In this document: in pieces, positions 38,633-51,677 of the stretch | Position numbering within the stretch: the first letter of the stretch is position 1 | Layout: the number at the start of each line of letters is the position of its first letter | DNA from: Lytechinus pictus | Lineage: Eukaryota | Assembly: GCF_037042905.1 (NCBI RefSeq) | Contig: NC_087250.1 | Span: 20,214,001 to 20,278,000 of the forward strand | Direction of reading: 5' to 3' | Length of the DNA: 64,000 nt | Translations under genes and position numbers: made by a program | The notes under the pieces: generated by a model | What the model was told of the DNA's origin: nothing | Seen by the model: the letters and a program-made list of their open reading frames with translations, nothing else | Databases searched by the model: none

Positions 38633-41600
38633 TAGTATTACAAGAATGCAAAAGGATGAGAAATAAGTGCCTATACGAAGTATCACTACTTCACCGGGGG
38701 TTGTTGATGAATAGTGAGAGATATTTGATCCTTTCTTTTCAAGATGAAGATATTCCATTTCAAATCTCATAGGGTTATTAGAGACTATCGCAAAATCTTT
38801 CCGGATTGGTGTAAATAAGGACAAATTAAAAGTTATTTTGATAGGGTTTTGTACAAGGAAAACTAAAATATATTTTTTTTCTATATAATATTGAAATGAA
38901 AATATCAACAGGGTTTTTCTTTTCCTTTTACAGTGATTCACAGTTTCCAAACAGGCAATTAAATACAAAAAAATATTTTTCCATCAGCATGACACGACAC
39001 TACGTGTACATCATATTTCTGAATAATATTTGCTTTTTAAAACAAATGCACACCAATAATGCGTAAGTTATTTCCATTTATTTGAATGTAGGATAAAAAG
39101 AGCATATAGGTGGCGTGGCCGGGGATCGAACCACGGACTTTCCATGTATTATAGCCAGGAGCCATAGACCACTCGGACACCGCATCACAAGTGTAATCGA
39201 TTCAGTTTACGAGCGCAAGTTTAGACAGAATATTAGTGCTATTTTCATAACGCCATCTTATCTATGGCATATTATTATGAGTTTATCAATTTTTTTATAA
39301 TTCATGTATAATAATAAAAACCCTTTTTAGTACCATTATGATGAATATTTTATTACTAACTAATATTATTAAGATATTAAAAATTATTGAATTTTTTTTA
39401 ACCTAAAAGTAGTGTCACAATGACTTAGAAAAAAAAAATTGGCTGCGGTCAAACCTTGAATTTGGTTAATCGCTAGTTTTACTAGCCTATAATCTAGGCG
39501 GAAGCTGAAGTTATTGTCTATGCTGAATAAGCTGAACACAAGCGATACGTCTGATCTGGCAAAGACTACGCATTGTGGCTGCGTTCAAATGGGCTTGATT
39601 TACATATAATTTCACAATTCCATGAGTTTTTACACTTTCGATGGGGGGGGGGGGGGGTGGGTGAAGTCTTACATTCATTGAAACCATCTTAAACCAACTT
39701 TTTTCTTAAATATTGAAATGAAAATATCAACAGGGTTTTTATTTTCCTTTTTACAGTGATTCACAATTTCCAAACAGGCAATTAAATACAGAAACATTAT
39801 TTTTCAATCACCATGACACGACACCAGGTGTATATCATATTTTCTGAACAATACATATATTTTTTTAAACAAGTGCACACCTAGTTACCAATAATGCGTA
39901 AATTATTTCCATTTTATTTAAATGCAGGATAAAAGAGCATATAAGTGCCGTGCCGAGGATCGAACCCCGGACTTTCATGTATAGCCAGGAGCCTTGGACC
40001 ACTCGGTCACCGCATCACAAGTGTAATCGATTCATTTTAGGAGCGCAAGCTTATACTGAATATTAATTCTTTTTTCATAAATCTATCATATCTATGGCGT
40101 ATAATACGTTTTTATTATGATGATTGAAAAATATGCGTGTAATAAAAAAACCTTATAAGTACCATTTGGTAATTATTTTTTACTAACCAATATTATTAAG
40201 AATTAAAAAAATATATTAATTTTGTTGACTCTGGAATCTTTGCTGCAGTTTCACTCAAAATATAATAAAAAATTTTGGCGGCGATTTACCTTGCTTTCAG
40301 TTAATCGCTAGTATTAGGAGAATGCAAAAGGATGAGAGATAAGTGCCTATACGACGTATTACAAATTTACCAGGGGGTTGATGATGAATAGTGAGGGGTA
40401 ACTGACCCTTTTTATTCAAGATGAAAATTCCATTTCAAATCTCATAGGGTTATTAGAGACTATCGAAAATCTTTCCGGATTTGTGTAGCAAATACGGAGA
40501 AAAGAAAAGTCATTTTGATTGGGTTTTTACAAAGAAATAGTATGGAGCACCCTTCTATCAGAAGGTAGATTTTGTTATTACAGGTGATTTTCACCTTTAA
40601 ACATTGAAGTTAGAGACAATTTGAATTATGAAGAAATGTTAAGTAAAACAAACAAAAACGTTGATAAATGCACAGCGTTATGTTAATTAAAAGTTAATAA
40701 AAAATATATATATATGTTTTGTAATATAAAATGCAATAATTTCATTTTAATGGTTCGTTATAACTTATTTTCATTTTCTTTTTAGGAGCGAGTGTGAAAT
40801 CATGTGTGTATCGATGTAGTGAAAGTAAAATAAAAACCCTTTTCGATTTTCTGAGAAAATGTCATTTCATTGATTTTTTTACCATACAATATGGAGGAAA
40901 GCTGCTCACTTCAAAAATCAAATAATTAGAATTCAAATAACTTTTTCATTCTTTGACGATTTTTTTCTCAAACCTTCGCCATTATCTGTTATTATTATTA
41001 GTATAATTGCAGTCAACTTTTTGTCAGGGTAAACTTCCCTTTAACTATAAAAAATATACAATTTTGATTAAAACTCACCTCCGAAAAGCGGTTTCAAAAC
41101 TCAAGGATTAATCTTTGCCCGAGTCTGCGAAGCCACTGCCTCTTATATACTCTACTGTCTTTTCACAGATTTTCTCTACACAAATAGCTCAATCCGCAGA
41201 CATATGCAGATCCGCAGCGGGAATTTAATGTAAAAAATTAGCTTCGGATGAAATATACGTAATATATACGTGATACGAAATTCATCGATATTCTGTCTGT
41301 AACACTTGCGCTTCGTAAACTTCGTAAAATACATAACTCATACGTAAGATAAGTAAACGCATCCGAACAATATGTAAGATACGTAACTGATCCGCACACT
41401 TAATTATAATTAAGTAATATTAAATTCTTAATATATTCAAATGGGCTTAATGATTTACAAATAATTTTACAAGTCCATGAGTTTTTGACACTTTCGATGG
41501 GGGGGGGGGGGTGAGTGAAGTCTTACGTTCATTGAAACCATCACCTTTTTCTTTACAATATTGAAATGAAAATATCAACAGGGTTTTTATTTTCCTTTTT

Positions 41601-42234
41601 ACAGTGATTCACAATTTCCAAACAGGCAATTAAATACAGAAACGTTATTTTTCAATAACCATGACACGACACCAGGTGTATATCATATTTCTGAACAATA
41701 TTTCGTTTTTTTAACAAGTGCACACCTAGTTACCAATAATGCATAAATCTTTTCCATTTATTTGAATGTTGGATAAAAAGAGCATGTAGGTGCCGTGGCC
41801 GGGGATCGAACCCCGGACTTTCCATGTATAGCCTTAGACCACTCGGCCACCGCATCACAAGTGTAATCGATTCAGTTTGGTGCGCAAGTTTAGAGTGAAT
41901 ATTAATGCTATTTTCATAACGCCATCTTATCTATGGCATATTATGAGGTTATTGGAATAATTTACAAAATTCAATACATGAATAATAATTTAAAAAAAAT
42001 TTAGTACCATAATGGTGAATATTTTTTTATTAACTATTACTATTTATAAATAAAAAATAATAAATTTTTTCCCCCATATGATTGTTAGCGTCAAAATCAT
42101 TTTCATAATAAATTAAATTTTGGCGGCGGTAAAATCTTGATTTTGATTTATCGCTAGTATTACAATAATGTAAGAGGGTGAGAGATAGGTGCTTATACAT
42201 CGTAATACAATTTAGCCGGAGACTGTTGATGAAT

Positions 42235-43312
42235 AGCCTCTTCGGAATAAATGTAAGGATGCGCATGGACTTATCTTTTCAAAATTGTGGTCATTTGCAT
42301 TGCCATGAATGGTTAAGCACCTTCAAATTGCCGGTACCCTTATTGGCCTTAGGCTTAGATCTATATCTAGATCCAATTCTTAAACAATTATCAAATTACC
42401 ATTAATGACAGAAAAAAATGCTAGTCAAGGCTATGGCTAGCCTAGGCTAGCGCATTAACTTTATCTCAAATCTGGACCTGTCTTAATGCCTGCGGCCGAC
42501 TAATGCCATGGTTAACTAGAATTTGTTAATTTTGAACTTTACGTTTACTTACGTTCGACCAATGAGCTTGGTCGCCTTGGTATAATAAAACTAGTAACAC
42601 AATTACCGATTTCGATCATGTGAAATTATAACCTTAATAATTGGTAAAGAAAATGCCGATCGATCTATTATATTTTGTTGATCAAAACGGGGATCAAGAT
42701 CGAGAGTTTACTTTGTGATTACAATAGTATGAGCGTTAAACATAGACAGTTTAATATACGTGCATGTTCTGCTCACTGACGTTAATTTGTGTCTGACGTT
42801 AGAATACGTTCCATGCTGGTACAGCGTAGATCAGAGCCCATCAAGATCTAGAGACTAGATTAGATCTATGATAAATTTATTTAGATCTAGGACTAGTTCT
42901 GTATACGGACTAGACCTATGGAACCAAGGCTACTAAGCTAATTGTTCTCGGGATTGGTCTAACCTAATTAAACGTAAAGTTCGGAATTTACCAGTTCGAA
43001 GTTAACCACGCTTGGCATTATAGCATTATACAGGTCCAGATTTGAAATAAAGTTAATGCACTAGCCTAAGCTAGCCCTAGCCCAGGCTAAACCTAGCCTA
43101 GGCTTACCCTAGCCTAGCATTTTGTCTTGTCATTAATGGCAGTTTGATAAGTGTTGAAGATTTGGATCTAGATATAGATCTACATCTATAAGGCCTACGA
43201 AACTAATGTAAGGGTACCGGTAATTTGAGGGTGTTGATTCACGTGAACGCTAACGACTACTGACAATTAATTTCAAGTCCACGCGCATGCGTACTCTTAT
43301 TCCGAAGACGCA
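42235..43312. mobile_element. TIR element (possibly Academ-like) with a CTAG-rich interior; partial inverted copy at 49490-50525
   Basis: gcctcttcggaataa / ttattccgaagacgc plus ~200 bp of imperfect subterminal inversion. TSD is uncertain. Confidence 0.65.
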
Positions 43313-43379
43313 AGTCATGAATATTTATATGGTTTCCGGATCTTTGGTGGGAAAAATAATTTCGCCACCCGGCTACGAC

Positions 43380-43580
43380 ATTTTTATTTCTATTTAATTT
43401 TTTTAAACAAGTTCACACCTAGTTACCAATAATGCATATAGCATTCCCTTTTATTTCAAAGCTGGATAAAAGAGCATTGTAGATTAAATACCTTGCTCAC
43501 GGGCATAGCGGCCGGGGATCGAACCCCGGACTTTCCATGTATACCCAGGCGCCTTAGACCACTCGGCAACGGCACCTTCA
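43380..43580 (-). mobile_element. Full-length tRNA-derived SINE inside a Helitron-like variant (to ~43900)
   Basis: Same SINE as 34579. Followed by caagtataatcgatc, an AT-rich spacer and the hairpin cgctacg-cgctt-cgtagcg. Confidence 0.75.
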
Positions 43581-44039
43581 CGGCAGGACAAGTATAATCG
43601 ATCTATTGTAGGACGTGTAACTTAGATATAATATTTATGCTAGTTGTATAATACCATCTTATTTTATGGCATCTTATTTTCTTGCAAGATTTTTTAGATA
43701 TATATTTTTAAAACACTATTAATGGATAATAATTATAATAAAATATCTTTTAAGTACTATCTTGGTGAATTTTAGTTATAAACTCGTAATTTTTAGGGTT
43801 ATGATAAAATTTATAATTTTGTTCACTGTATCGATAATCTATAAAATATCAAAAATGAATTTTACAACACACGTCGCTACGCGCTTCGTAGCGTACATTA
43901 TATTTGCTTAAAAAGCACACAAAAAAAAGTTAAAGATTGCCGCCGTGGCGAGCGGACGTGTTTTCGTTTCGAACTAAGTTATAGTGTGCTATGTATTTTT
44001 CCGTTTTTGTATTTGTTTGAAGCTACATTTCAAATAATC

Positions 44040-45164
44040 ATGCAGCGTGTAAGGAGAGAATGTTCGGTTCGTGTAGAGTTCCAGAAGGAAGGAAGTGTTT
44101 TTGTGTTTTTAAAGAAAAATGGAGTAAAGGTTGAGGAACATTTGACGGCGGTGCAAAGCTTGCCCGGTGGGAAGCTTTACGATGTTACGTTCAAAACTGT
44201 TGCTTTGAGGAGGGAATTCCAAAGTGTTTTGGAGAAAGAAAAGGAATGTACAGTATCAGCTTACTGTGAGGACACGAAAATAATAACAATTTTACACGTT
44301 CCCTTTGAGGCGAACGATAGTACCGTGAGGTACATATTGAGCAGGTACGGAAAAGTGTTGGATGGGCGGATGCTCGCTCATCGGGAGTTCCCGAATATTT
44401 TTAACGGGACTAGACAATATAAGATGAAACTTGAGAAGGACATCCCGTCTTCCTTAATGATAGAGGGGCGGGATTGCTGGGTGAGGTATGACGGGCAGCC
44501 AAGAACCTGTCTAAAGTGTAAAAAGGCGGGCCACGAGGCAAAGGACTGCACCGTCACCAGGTGTTACAGGTGCGACAGAGAGGGGCACATTGCCCAGAAC
44601 TGCAAGGAGGAAATGAAGTGTTCCATATGTGGCGATGAGGGGCACGGTTTTCGAGCCTGCCCAGTGTCATTTGCAGCAAGGCTCAAAATTTCATCAGCAT
44701 GGGCAAGTGTGAAGGAAAGAGATAGTGAGAAAGTCGAAAAGAAGGAAGAAAAAGTTGGAGATCGAGTAGAGAAGAAGGATGGAGACAAAGCAGTTGCTCA
44801 TAAGGAAGTAAAGGAGAAGGAAGAGGAAAAGGAGGACCCCAATCAACCATCGACCTCTGGAGAAGGGACCCGGGACCCCAATTCCAGTAAGAGAGAATCG
44901 TCTGCTAGTGTCAATGGAGAAATAGAGCCAGAAGATCAAACCTGTGAGAAGTCCATTTTTGATGATGACAGCTCAGGTGAATCTAGTGACGAAATGAATA
45001 CGGAGATGTCATGGGCAGAAGAGACGGCTGGCGGTGAAGGTAAGCGGAGCCCCGTTTATATATCTCCTAGTCCGCTTTTTGACGCCCGGGAAACCAAGAA
45101 AAGACGCCCTGGACGTAGAGGAATTAAAAGACAGTCGACGTCGCTTTCTCCAAAGAGAAAATAG
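44040..45164 (+). CDS. Tx1-type ORF1 gag-like protein with three CCHC zinc knuckles
   Basis: CLKCKKAGHEAKDC, CYRCDREGHIAQNC, CSICGDEGHGFRAC. YDGQPRTC and NGTR motifs. First ATG at 44040. Confidence 0.93.
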   Translation: MQRVRRECSVRVEFQKEGSVFVFLKKNGVKVEEHLTAVQSLPGGKLYDVTFKTVALRREFQSVLEKEKECTVSAYCEDTKIITILHVPFEANDSTVRYILSRYGKVLDGRMLAHREFPNIFNGTRQYKMKLEKDIPSSLMIEGRDCWVRYDGQPRTCLKCKKAGHEAKDCTVTRCYRCDREGHIAQNCKEEMKCSICGDEGHGFRACPVSFAARLKISSAWASVKERDSEKVEKKEEKVGDRVEKKDGDKAVAHKEVKEKEEEKEDPNQPSTSGEGTRDPNSSKRESSASVNGEIEPEDQTCEKSIFDDDSSGESSDEMNTEMSWAEETAGGEGKRSPVYISPSPLFDARETKKRRPGRRGIKRQSTSLSPKRK

Positions 45165-45224
45165 AATATAACTACGGTTTAAGTGTCCCCTTCATTCTTT
45201 TCGGTGCCCTTCCATCTTAAATCA

Positions 45225-48200
45225 ATGACAATTACTGAATTACCTACATCTATGATAACCCTAAATGTCCGTGGTCTACGTGACAATGCTAAACTTAGAA
45301 ACTTGATTTCTTGGTTACACATTTTTAAGCTTGATATTATACTTCTGCAGGAAACATATTTGTCAAGTCCTGACTATTTACTGTTCAAGTCTTTATGGAA
45401 AGGACCGATTTTCTTTTCTCCGTCTCTGTCCTCCCATTCGACGGGAGTGGCAATAGCTTTTTCATCGATTTTTGCATCTAAGGTTAACATTTCTCAAGTC
45501 CGTACTGATCACGAAGGGCGGTTTGTATCAGTCCTTTGTTCTACCAATAACTTTTCATTTCGAGTTTGTAATATTTACGCCCCAAACGATCCAAAAGATA
45601 GAGTTTCTCTTTTCCAGAATTTGTATAACTTAACCAGGGGCAATATTCCTATTATTATTGGTGGTGATTTTAATTGTATTTTGTATGAAGCTGATAGGTC
45701 CCAGGGTTCGACAAATACTTCAATTTTTGTCGGACGTAAAGAGCTAAAAGCTTTTTTATCATCCGCTTCTTTGAGTGATTCTTGGTTACGCCTTAATGAT
45801 TTCGTAGACAGCCATACGTGGAAACATTCGGGTAACAAACAAAGTTCGAGGCTGGACCGGATTTATGTTCACAAAAGTTTTGATGTTCTAGAATCAAGGA
45901 TATTGCCCTTTCATTTTTCAGATCACGATGCGGTTAAAATAATTATGAATATACCGTCCATGTCATATAAAACAAAATCTTATTGGAAATTTAATGTCCA
46001 GTTATGTTCTGATGATTTATTTTGTCATGATTTCAGGGTGCAATATAATTTGTGGAGGACACTCCAACCCGGTTTTGAATCGATCACCTTGTGGTGGGAG
46101 AATATAAAAGTAAGAATAAAAGAGCTTTCAATTTGCCACGGGGTAAGAAGGGCCAAGGAAAGACGAAGTCGACTGCAGCAATTGCAACGGGCATGTAACA
46201 CTGAAAATAAAGAAGTGGTGTTAGGGATATTAAGAGAAGAGAATCGTGGGGCATTTATCAGGGCTAGGGGCAAAATTTTGGATGACGGCGAACGCCCAGG
46301 GGGATACTTCCATAGAATGGAGAAGGAGAAAATGGATGATAGACGAATTAAAGAAATACGGGATCATCAAGATAGAATTGTTTCTGGTGATAAAGTTATT
46401 TCAATTTTCCATGAGTTTTATTCTACATTGTATGCAAATGATGTTAGAATTGATCATACAGTTCAAGATACTTTTCTCGATTGTTTATATACTGCCATAG
46501 ATGTGGAAAAATCGGAAGCTTTAAATAAACCTTTTGATATTAATGAGCTTAAACAAGCCGTAGCCCGCATGGCAAAAAAATAAGTCACCAGGCATAGATG
46601 GTATACCAGTTGAATTCTATCAACAATTTTTTGATATTATTGCTGATGATTTGTTAGCTGTCTATCACGAAATTTATAGGAGCGGGAGTATGTCAGAGTC
46701 TCAAAAGACCGCTATAATTACTTTGTTGCCTAAAAAGGGCGATCCACTGGACCCCGCCAACCGGCGACCAATAAGCCTGTTGACTGTTGACTATAAAATC
46801 ATTACAAAGATATTACAGTTAAGAGTGTTTCGTGTAATGCCTGATATTATTGATGAACATCAAACTTGTTCTGTTCCTGGGCGTTCTATTCACTCTAATT
46901 TATGTTTGTTAAGAGATATTATAGATTGTTCTAAACTTCGTAACAACTGCTGTGCTTTAATTTATATGGATCAGCACAAAGCCTTTGATAAGGTAAATTG
47001 GGATTTTATGCTTAGGGTCTTAGAAAAGTTAAATTTCGGCCCTTATCTTATTCAGTGGGTACGAATCCTATACACGGATATCAAAAGTCGTCTTTTTATC
47101 AATAATGTGTTTAGTAAAGATGTGTTAATTTATAGGGGAGTAAGGCAAGGTTGCCCTTTATCTCCTCTACTCTATGTTTTATTTATTGAACCACTTGGAC
47201 GATTCATTAGAGTAAATAAAAGTATAATTGGATATCATGTTCCTGGAGGGAGTGGTAGATCAGTCAAGTTTGTACAGTATGCGGACGATGCCACGTGTAT
47301 TGCTACGTCACAGACCGATGTCGAGCATTTCTTTAGATCTTTTTCCCTTTTTGAAAGAGCTACTGGTGCTTCGTTAAATTTAAACAAGACACAAGGTCTG
47401 AAGCTAGGTGGTTTTTTAGGCCGGAAGTTAAAGGGAAATATCGACTGGAGGGAAGATAAACTTATCATTAATGGAATCCCCTTCGGTTCGCAGAATAGTA
47501 TTAATGATTATTTAAAAGATTTGTATGAAAAAGCAAAAAGGAAAATCCGATGGTGGTCATCGCGCCATCTGACTTTAGTTGGAAAGGTTTCCATTGTCAA
47601 TTCATGTATATATTCACTGTTTTATTACCTGTCACGGGTTTATTTCTTAAGTGAAACTTTATGTACGGATCTGCAAAAAGTCGTTTTCTCATTTCTATGG
47701 GATGGGAAGACAGAACTAGTATCGAGAAAAACATTAATGTTACCAAAAACTAAAGGGGGTCTTGGTTTGGATGATTTTATTCTGAAGACAAAGGCTTCGT
47801 TTGTTCTCTTTTTGATCCCTCACTTATCAGGTGAAGATACGGAGTCATGTAACTATAAGTTTCTGCGCTACTTTTTGTCGTGTAAGTTACGAATCATGTT
47901 TCCACAGTTTTATTCCAATTTAGTTCCTTCTTGCGACAAGATTTCACGGTCTTATAGCAAGGGGTATGAACTGATATCGTATTTATACAGTCGTAAGCAT
48001 GATTTTGTTACCACTTGTAAAACACTAAAGGATGTTATTTCTTTGTTAACAATAGATTTTGTTCCAAAATGTAGGGTTAAGGATCCAAGTTGGGAATGGG
48101 ACAGTGTTTGGAAAATGTGTAATAATCGTCAGCTATGCAATAAATTAAGATCATTTTGTTGGAAGGTATCACATGGGGCGTTGGGAGTTGGTGAGAAACT

Positions 48201-48651
48201 TCTCAAATGGGGAGTGACAAATGGGAAATGCCCATTTTGTAGGAAACTAGAAAATATATCTCATGTGTTCTGGGAATGTAAGTCTTTGAGTAAAATTCTT
48301 GACTGGGTCGACGATTTTGCAAATCGTCATTTAGGTTTTGATCACGCATTAGTTAAATCATTGTTTGTTTATGGATTCCCTAATTCAAATTTGAATGTGG
48401 TCACTTGGCCTCGAACCTGGTTTGTTTTTACCGTTGTAAAAAATGCTATTTGGGCTAAGCGGTGCGGGCTTTTGTTTTCGAAGGAAAGAATAACAGATGA
48501 CGGGTTAATTTTGAGAATAAAAAATGAGATAAGAGTAAGAATAGAGATAGATTTTAACAGAGTAACTAGGAGACAGTTTGAAAAGCTGTGGGTAAAAGGG
48601 TCAAGATTATGTTCAATAGAAGGTGATAAAGTTAGAATATACTTTGTGTGA
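45225..48651 (+). pseudogene. Tx1-type ORF2 (APE + RT + C-terminal CCHC) with a single +1 frameshift
   Basis: Motifs TLNVRGL, LQET, GGDFN, SDH, RPISLL, KAFDKV, GVRQGCPLSP, QYADD, CPFC..H..WEC. The frameshift is in the A7 run at 46574-46580 (expected MAKNKSPGIDG). Confidence 0.93.
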
Positions 48652-48918
48652 GTTATCATGACCTCACAATATGTTTTTATGGCATCTCAAAAATTGCAAG
48701 AATGTCACATAATTGGCTGAATGGCCCATTATCCTTGGCAGTCCTGGCCGGGGCTTTGGTTTTAAAGGGAAAGTAATAAATTTTAGAGAATGGCAAGTGC
48801 GCAAGCCTTGATTCATAAGCGGGTATTTTAAAGGGAGTGAGTAGATCGCATGGCTTAGAGTAACGGTGGGGGGGGGGGTCGTTGAATTAGGCTTTGTACA
48901 AAAGTGCTAACTAGTTAC

Positions 48919-48939
48919 CATAGACCTAATAGGTCTATG
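48919..48939. mobile_element. 21-bp hairpin insertion with 8-bp TSD
   Basis: CATAGACCTA-a-TAGGTCTATG flanked by ctagttac / cttgttac. Absent from paralogous 3' UTR copies at ~32940 and ~36580. Confidence 0.85.
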
Positions 48940-49764
48940 CTTGTTACCGAGGTGGTTTTACACTTGACTGGTTACTTTTGTTGATGTTCTTCGTTAGAGT
49001 TTTCTGTTATGTATAAGTGTTTTGGAGTGTAGTATTTTACTGAATGCATGGTATGTATATTACATGTACTGAGTGTATGTAAATATTGTATATATGTTGA
49101 TATTTTGATGAATAAAATTATTGAAAGAAAAAAAACTCTGATTATGGTTAATCGCTAGTTGCACAAGAATATAAAAAGGGTGAGAGTTAGTTGCATATCC
49201 AACGTAGTACGATTTTACCGGGGGTCGTGGATCGTGAAAAGTGAGAAGACCCTTTTGTTCAAAATAAAGATTCCATGTTTTTAAAATCATAGGGTTATTA
49301 GAGACTATCGAAAATCTTTCCGGATAGGTGTAAATTAGGAGAAAAGAAAAGTTATTTTGATTGGGTTTTTACAAGGAAAATGTTTTGGAACACCATTCTT
49401 TCAGAACTTAGATTTTGTTATTATGGTTGATTTTCCTTCAAACATTGAAGTTAGAGAAAATTATAAATACGAAAAAATGTTTAAGTAAAAGTACAGAACT
49501 AGTCCTAGATCTAAATAAATTTATCTTAGATCTAGTCTAGTCTCTAGATCTTGATAGACTCTGATCTACGCTGTATCAGCATGGAACGTATTCTAACTTT
49601 AGGCACAAATTAACGTCAGTGAGCATAACATGCACATAAACTGTCTATGTTTAACGCGCGGCTCTGCATACTATTTTAATCGTAGAGTTAACTCTCGATG
49701 TTGATCTCCGTCTTGATCAACAAAATACAATAGATCGATCTGCATTTTCTTTACCAATTATTAA

Positions 49765-50358
49765 AGGGGAATCCAGCCTTGGCCAGAAATTGTTGTGTTG
49801 GGAAGGAGAAAAATAAATAACAGAATGGTGAAAGTTTGAAAGAAATCGGACAAGCAATAAGAAAGTTATAGCTGCTTTAACATAGAGATCACTAATACTA
49901 TGTAGATTTCAAATTGGCAACTGAGTAAGTAAATTATGACAAGGGGCAAGGACAACTTTCCCATAGGCCATGTACTTTATTATCAGGGATTTGTGGTTTT
50001 CTCCTAAGTACCCATTCCCCTGGGGCAGTAATCTAAATATAGCCCAGGTAGTATATTGTTTTATGTCCTCATGAAAGAAAAATACAATTTGAAATTAAAA
50101 CTTTTGGGGAAAATGACATTTTAGCCATTATATGTATTGGAGAACATGGAAGAGTAGTTCTTGCCTTACATCACTATGACATCCCATATGCGGCCAATTT
50201 GAAGTCTCCATGGGTATAGTGATTACCAATAATTACAACTTTTAAAAATTCATAACTTTCTTGTTGTTTGTCCAATATTGTTCAAACTTTCACCTATCAA
50301 CTTGTCTGATTTTTCTTTTCCTTATAAAAACAAGTTTTTATTTGGGTTGGATTCCCCT
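49765..50358. mobile_element. Kolobok-like MITE, TTAA TSD; truncated second copy at 60014-60482
   Basis: ttaa|aggggaatcca..tggattcccct|ttaa. Empty site in the inverted paralog at ~42630. Confidence 0.88.
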
Positions 50359-51677
50359 TTAAGTTTTTAATTTCCCATGCTTGAAATCGGCAATTGTGTT
50401 ACTAGTTTTATTAAACCAAGACAACCAAGCTCATTGGTCTAACGTAAGTAAACATAAAGCTCAAAATTAGGCCTAACCATTTCTAGTTAACCATGGCATC
50501 AGCCAGCCGCAGGCGTTAGACAGGGCATAATAATTTACAACTAATTTCACAAGTCCATGAGTTTTTACACTTTCGATTGGGGGGGGGGGGGGAGTAAAGT
50601 CTTACATTCATTGAAGCCATCTTAAACCAAACTTATTCTTTGGCAATATTGAAATGAAAATATGAACAGGGTTTTTCTTTTCCTTTTTACAGTTATTCAC
50701 AATTTCCAAACAGGCTATTTAATACAGAAACGTTATTTTCAATCACCAAAACACGACACCAGGTGTATATCATATTGTGGAACAATATTTCGTTTTTTAA
50801 CAAGTGCACACCTTGTTACCAATAATGCGTAAATATTTTCCATTTATTTGAATGTAGGATAAAAAGAGCGTATAGGTGTAGCTCGGAGCCTTAGACCACT
50901 CGGCCACGGAATCAAAAGTGTAATCGATCTAGTTTAAGAGGCGCCAACTCACGAATAATATTAATGCCATTTTCATAAGGCCTTCTTATTTAGGGCATAT
51001 TTTTTTTTCATTTTAATTCAATTTTAATCCTTTTTTAAAACCTTTTTTTCATCTATAATGAAAAAAATCTTTTAAGTATCTTTATAAAGTAGATTTTTTA
51101 CAAACTAATATTTTTTTGAATTAAGATATATACATATACTTTATACACACAAAGGCATATGTAAAGATAATTCTAAGCATAAAATATATTTTTCGCGGCG
51201 ATAAACCTAGATTTTGGTTCATCGCTAGTATTACTATACTAGAATGTATCACAAGACTGTCGGCGGGTGAGAAATAGGAGATTATACAACGTATTACAAT
51301 TTTTGCCTGAGGTTGTTGATGAATAGTGAGAGATAATTGATCCTTTCTATTCAAGATGAAGATTACATATTTCAAATCTCATAGGGTTATTAGAGACTAT
51401 CGAAAATCTTTACGGATTGATGTAAATAAGGAGAAAAGAAAAGTTCTTTTGATTGGGTTTTTACAAGGAAAATGTTTTGGAGCGCCCTTCTATCAGAAGG
51501 TAGATTTTGTTAAACATGGGTGATTTTTTCCTTTAAACATTGAAGTTAGAGAGAATTAGAATTATGAAGAAATGTTAAGTAAAACAGAAAATGCTGATAA
51601 ATGCACAGCTTTATGTTAATTAAAAAAAGCTTATGGAAAACTGAAATGAAAATGAAAGCTGTGTTTTAATAACGCTA

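Larger units (their letters stand above)
43934..49135 (+). mobile_element. Near full-length L1/Tx1-clade LINE
   Basis: Short 5' UTR, zinc-knuckle ORF1, APE-RT-zinc finger ORF2, 3' UTR with AATAAA (49111) and A-tail. No TSD found. Confidence 0.95.

Noticed and set aside
24105..43580. Cluster of tRNA genes
   Set aside because: A/B boxes are present, but the anticodon stem does not pair and the heads continue into a SINE body and tail.
46570..46590. Programmed ribosomal frameshift in Tx1 ORF2
   Set aside because: L1/Tx1 ORF2 is normally continuous. A homopolymer indel (mutation or sequencing error) is the simpler explanation.
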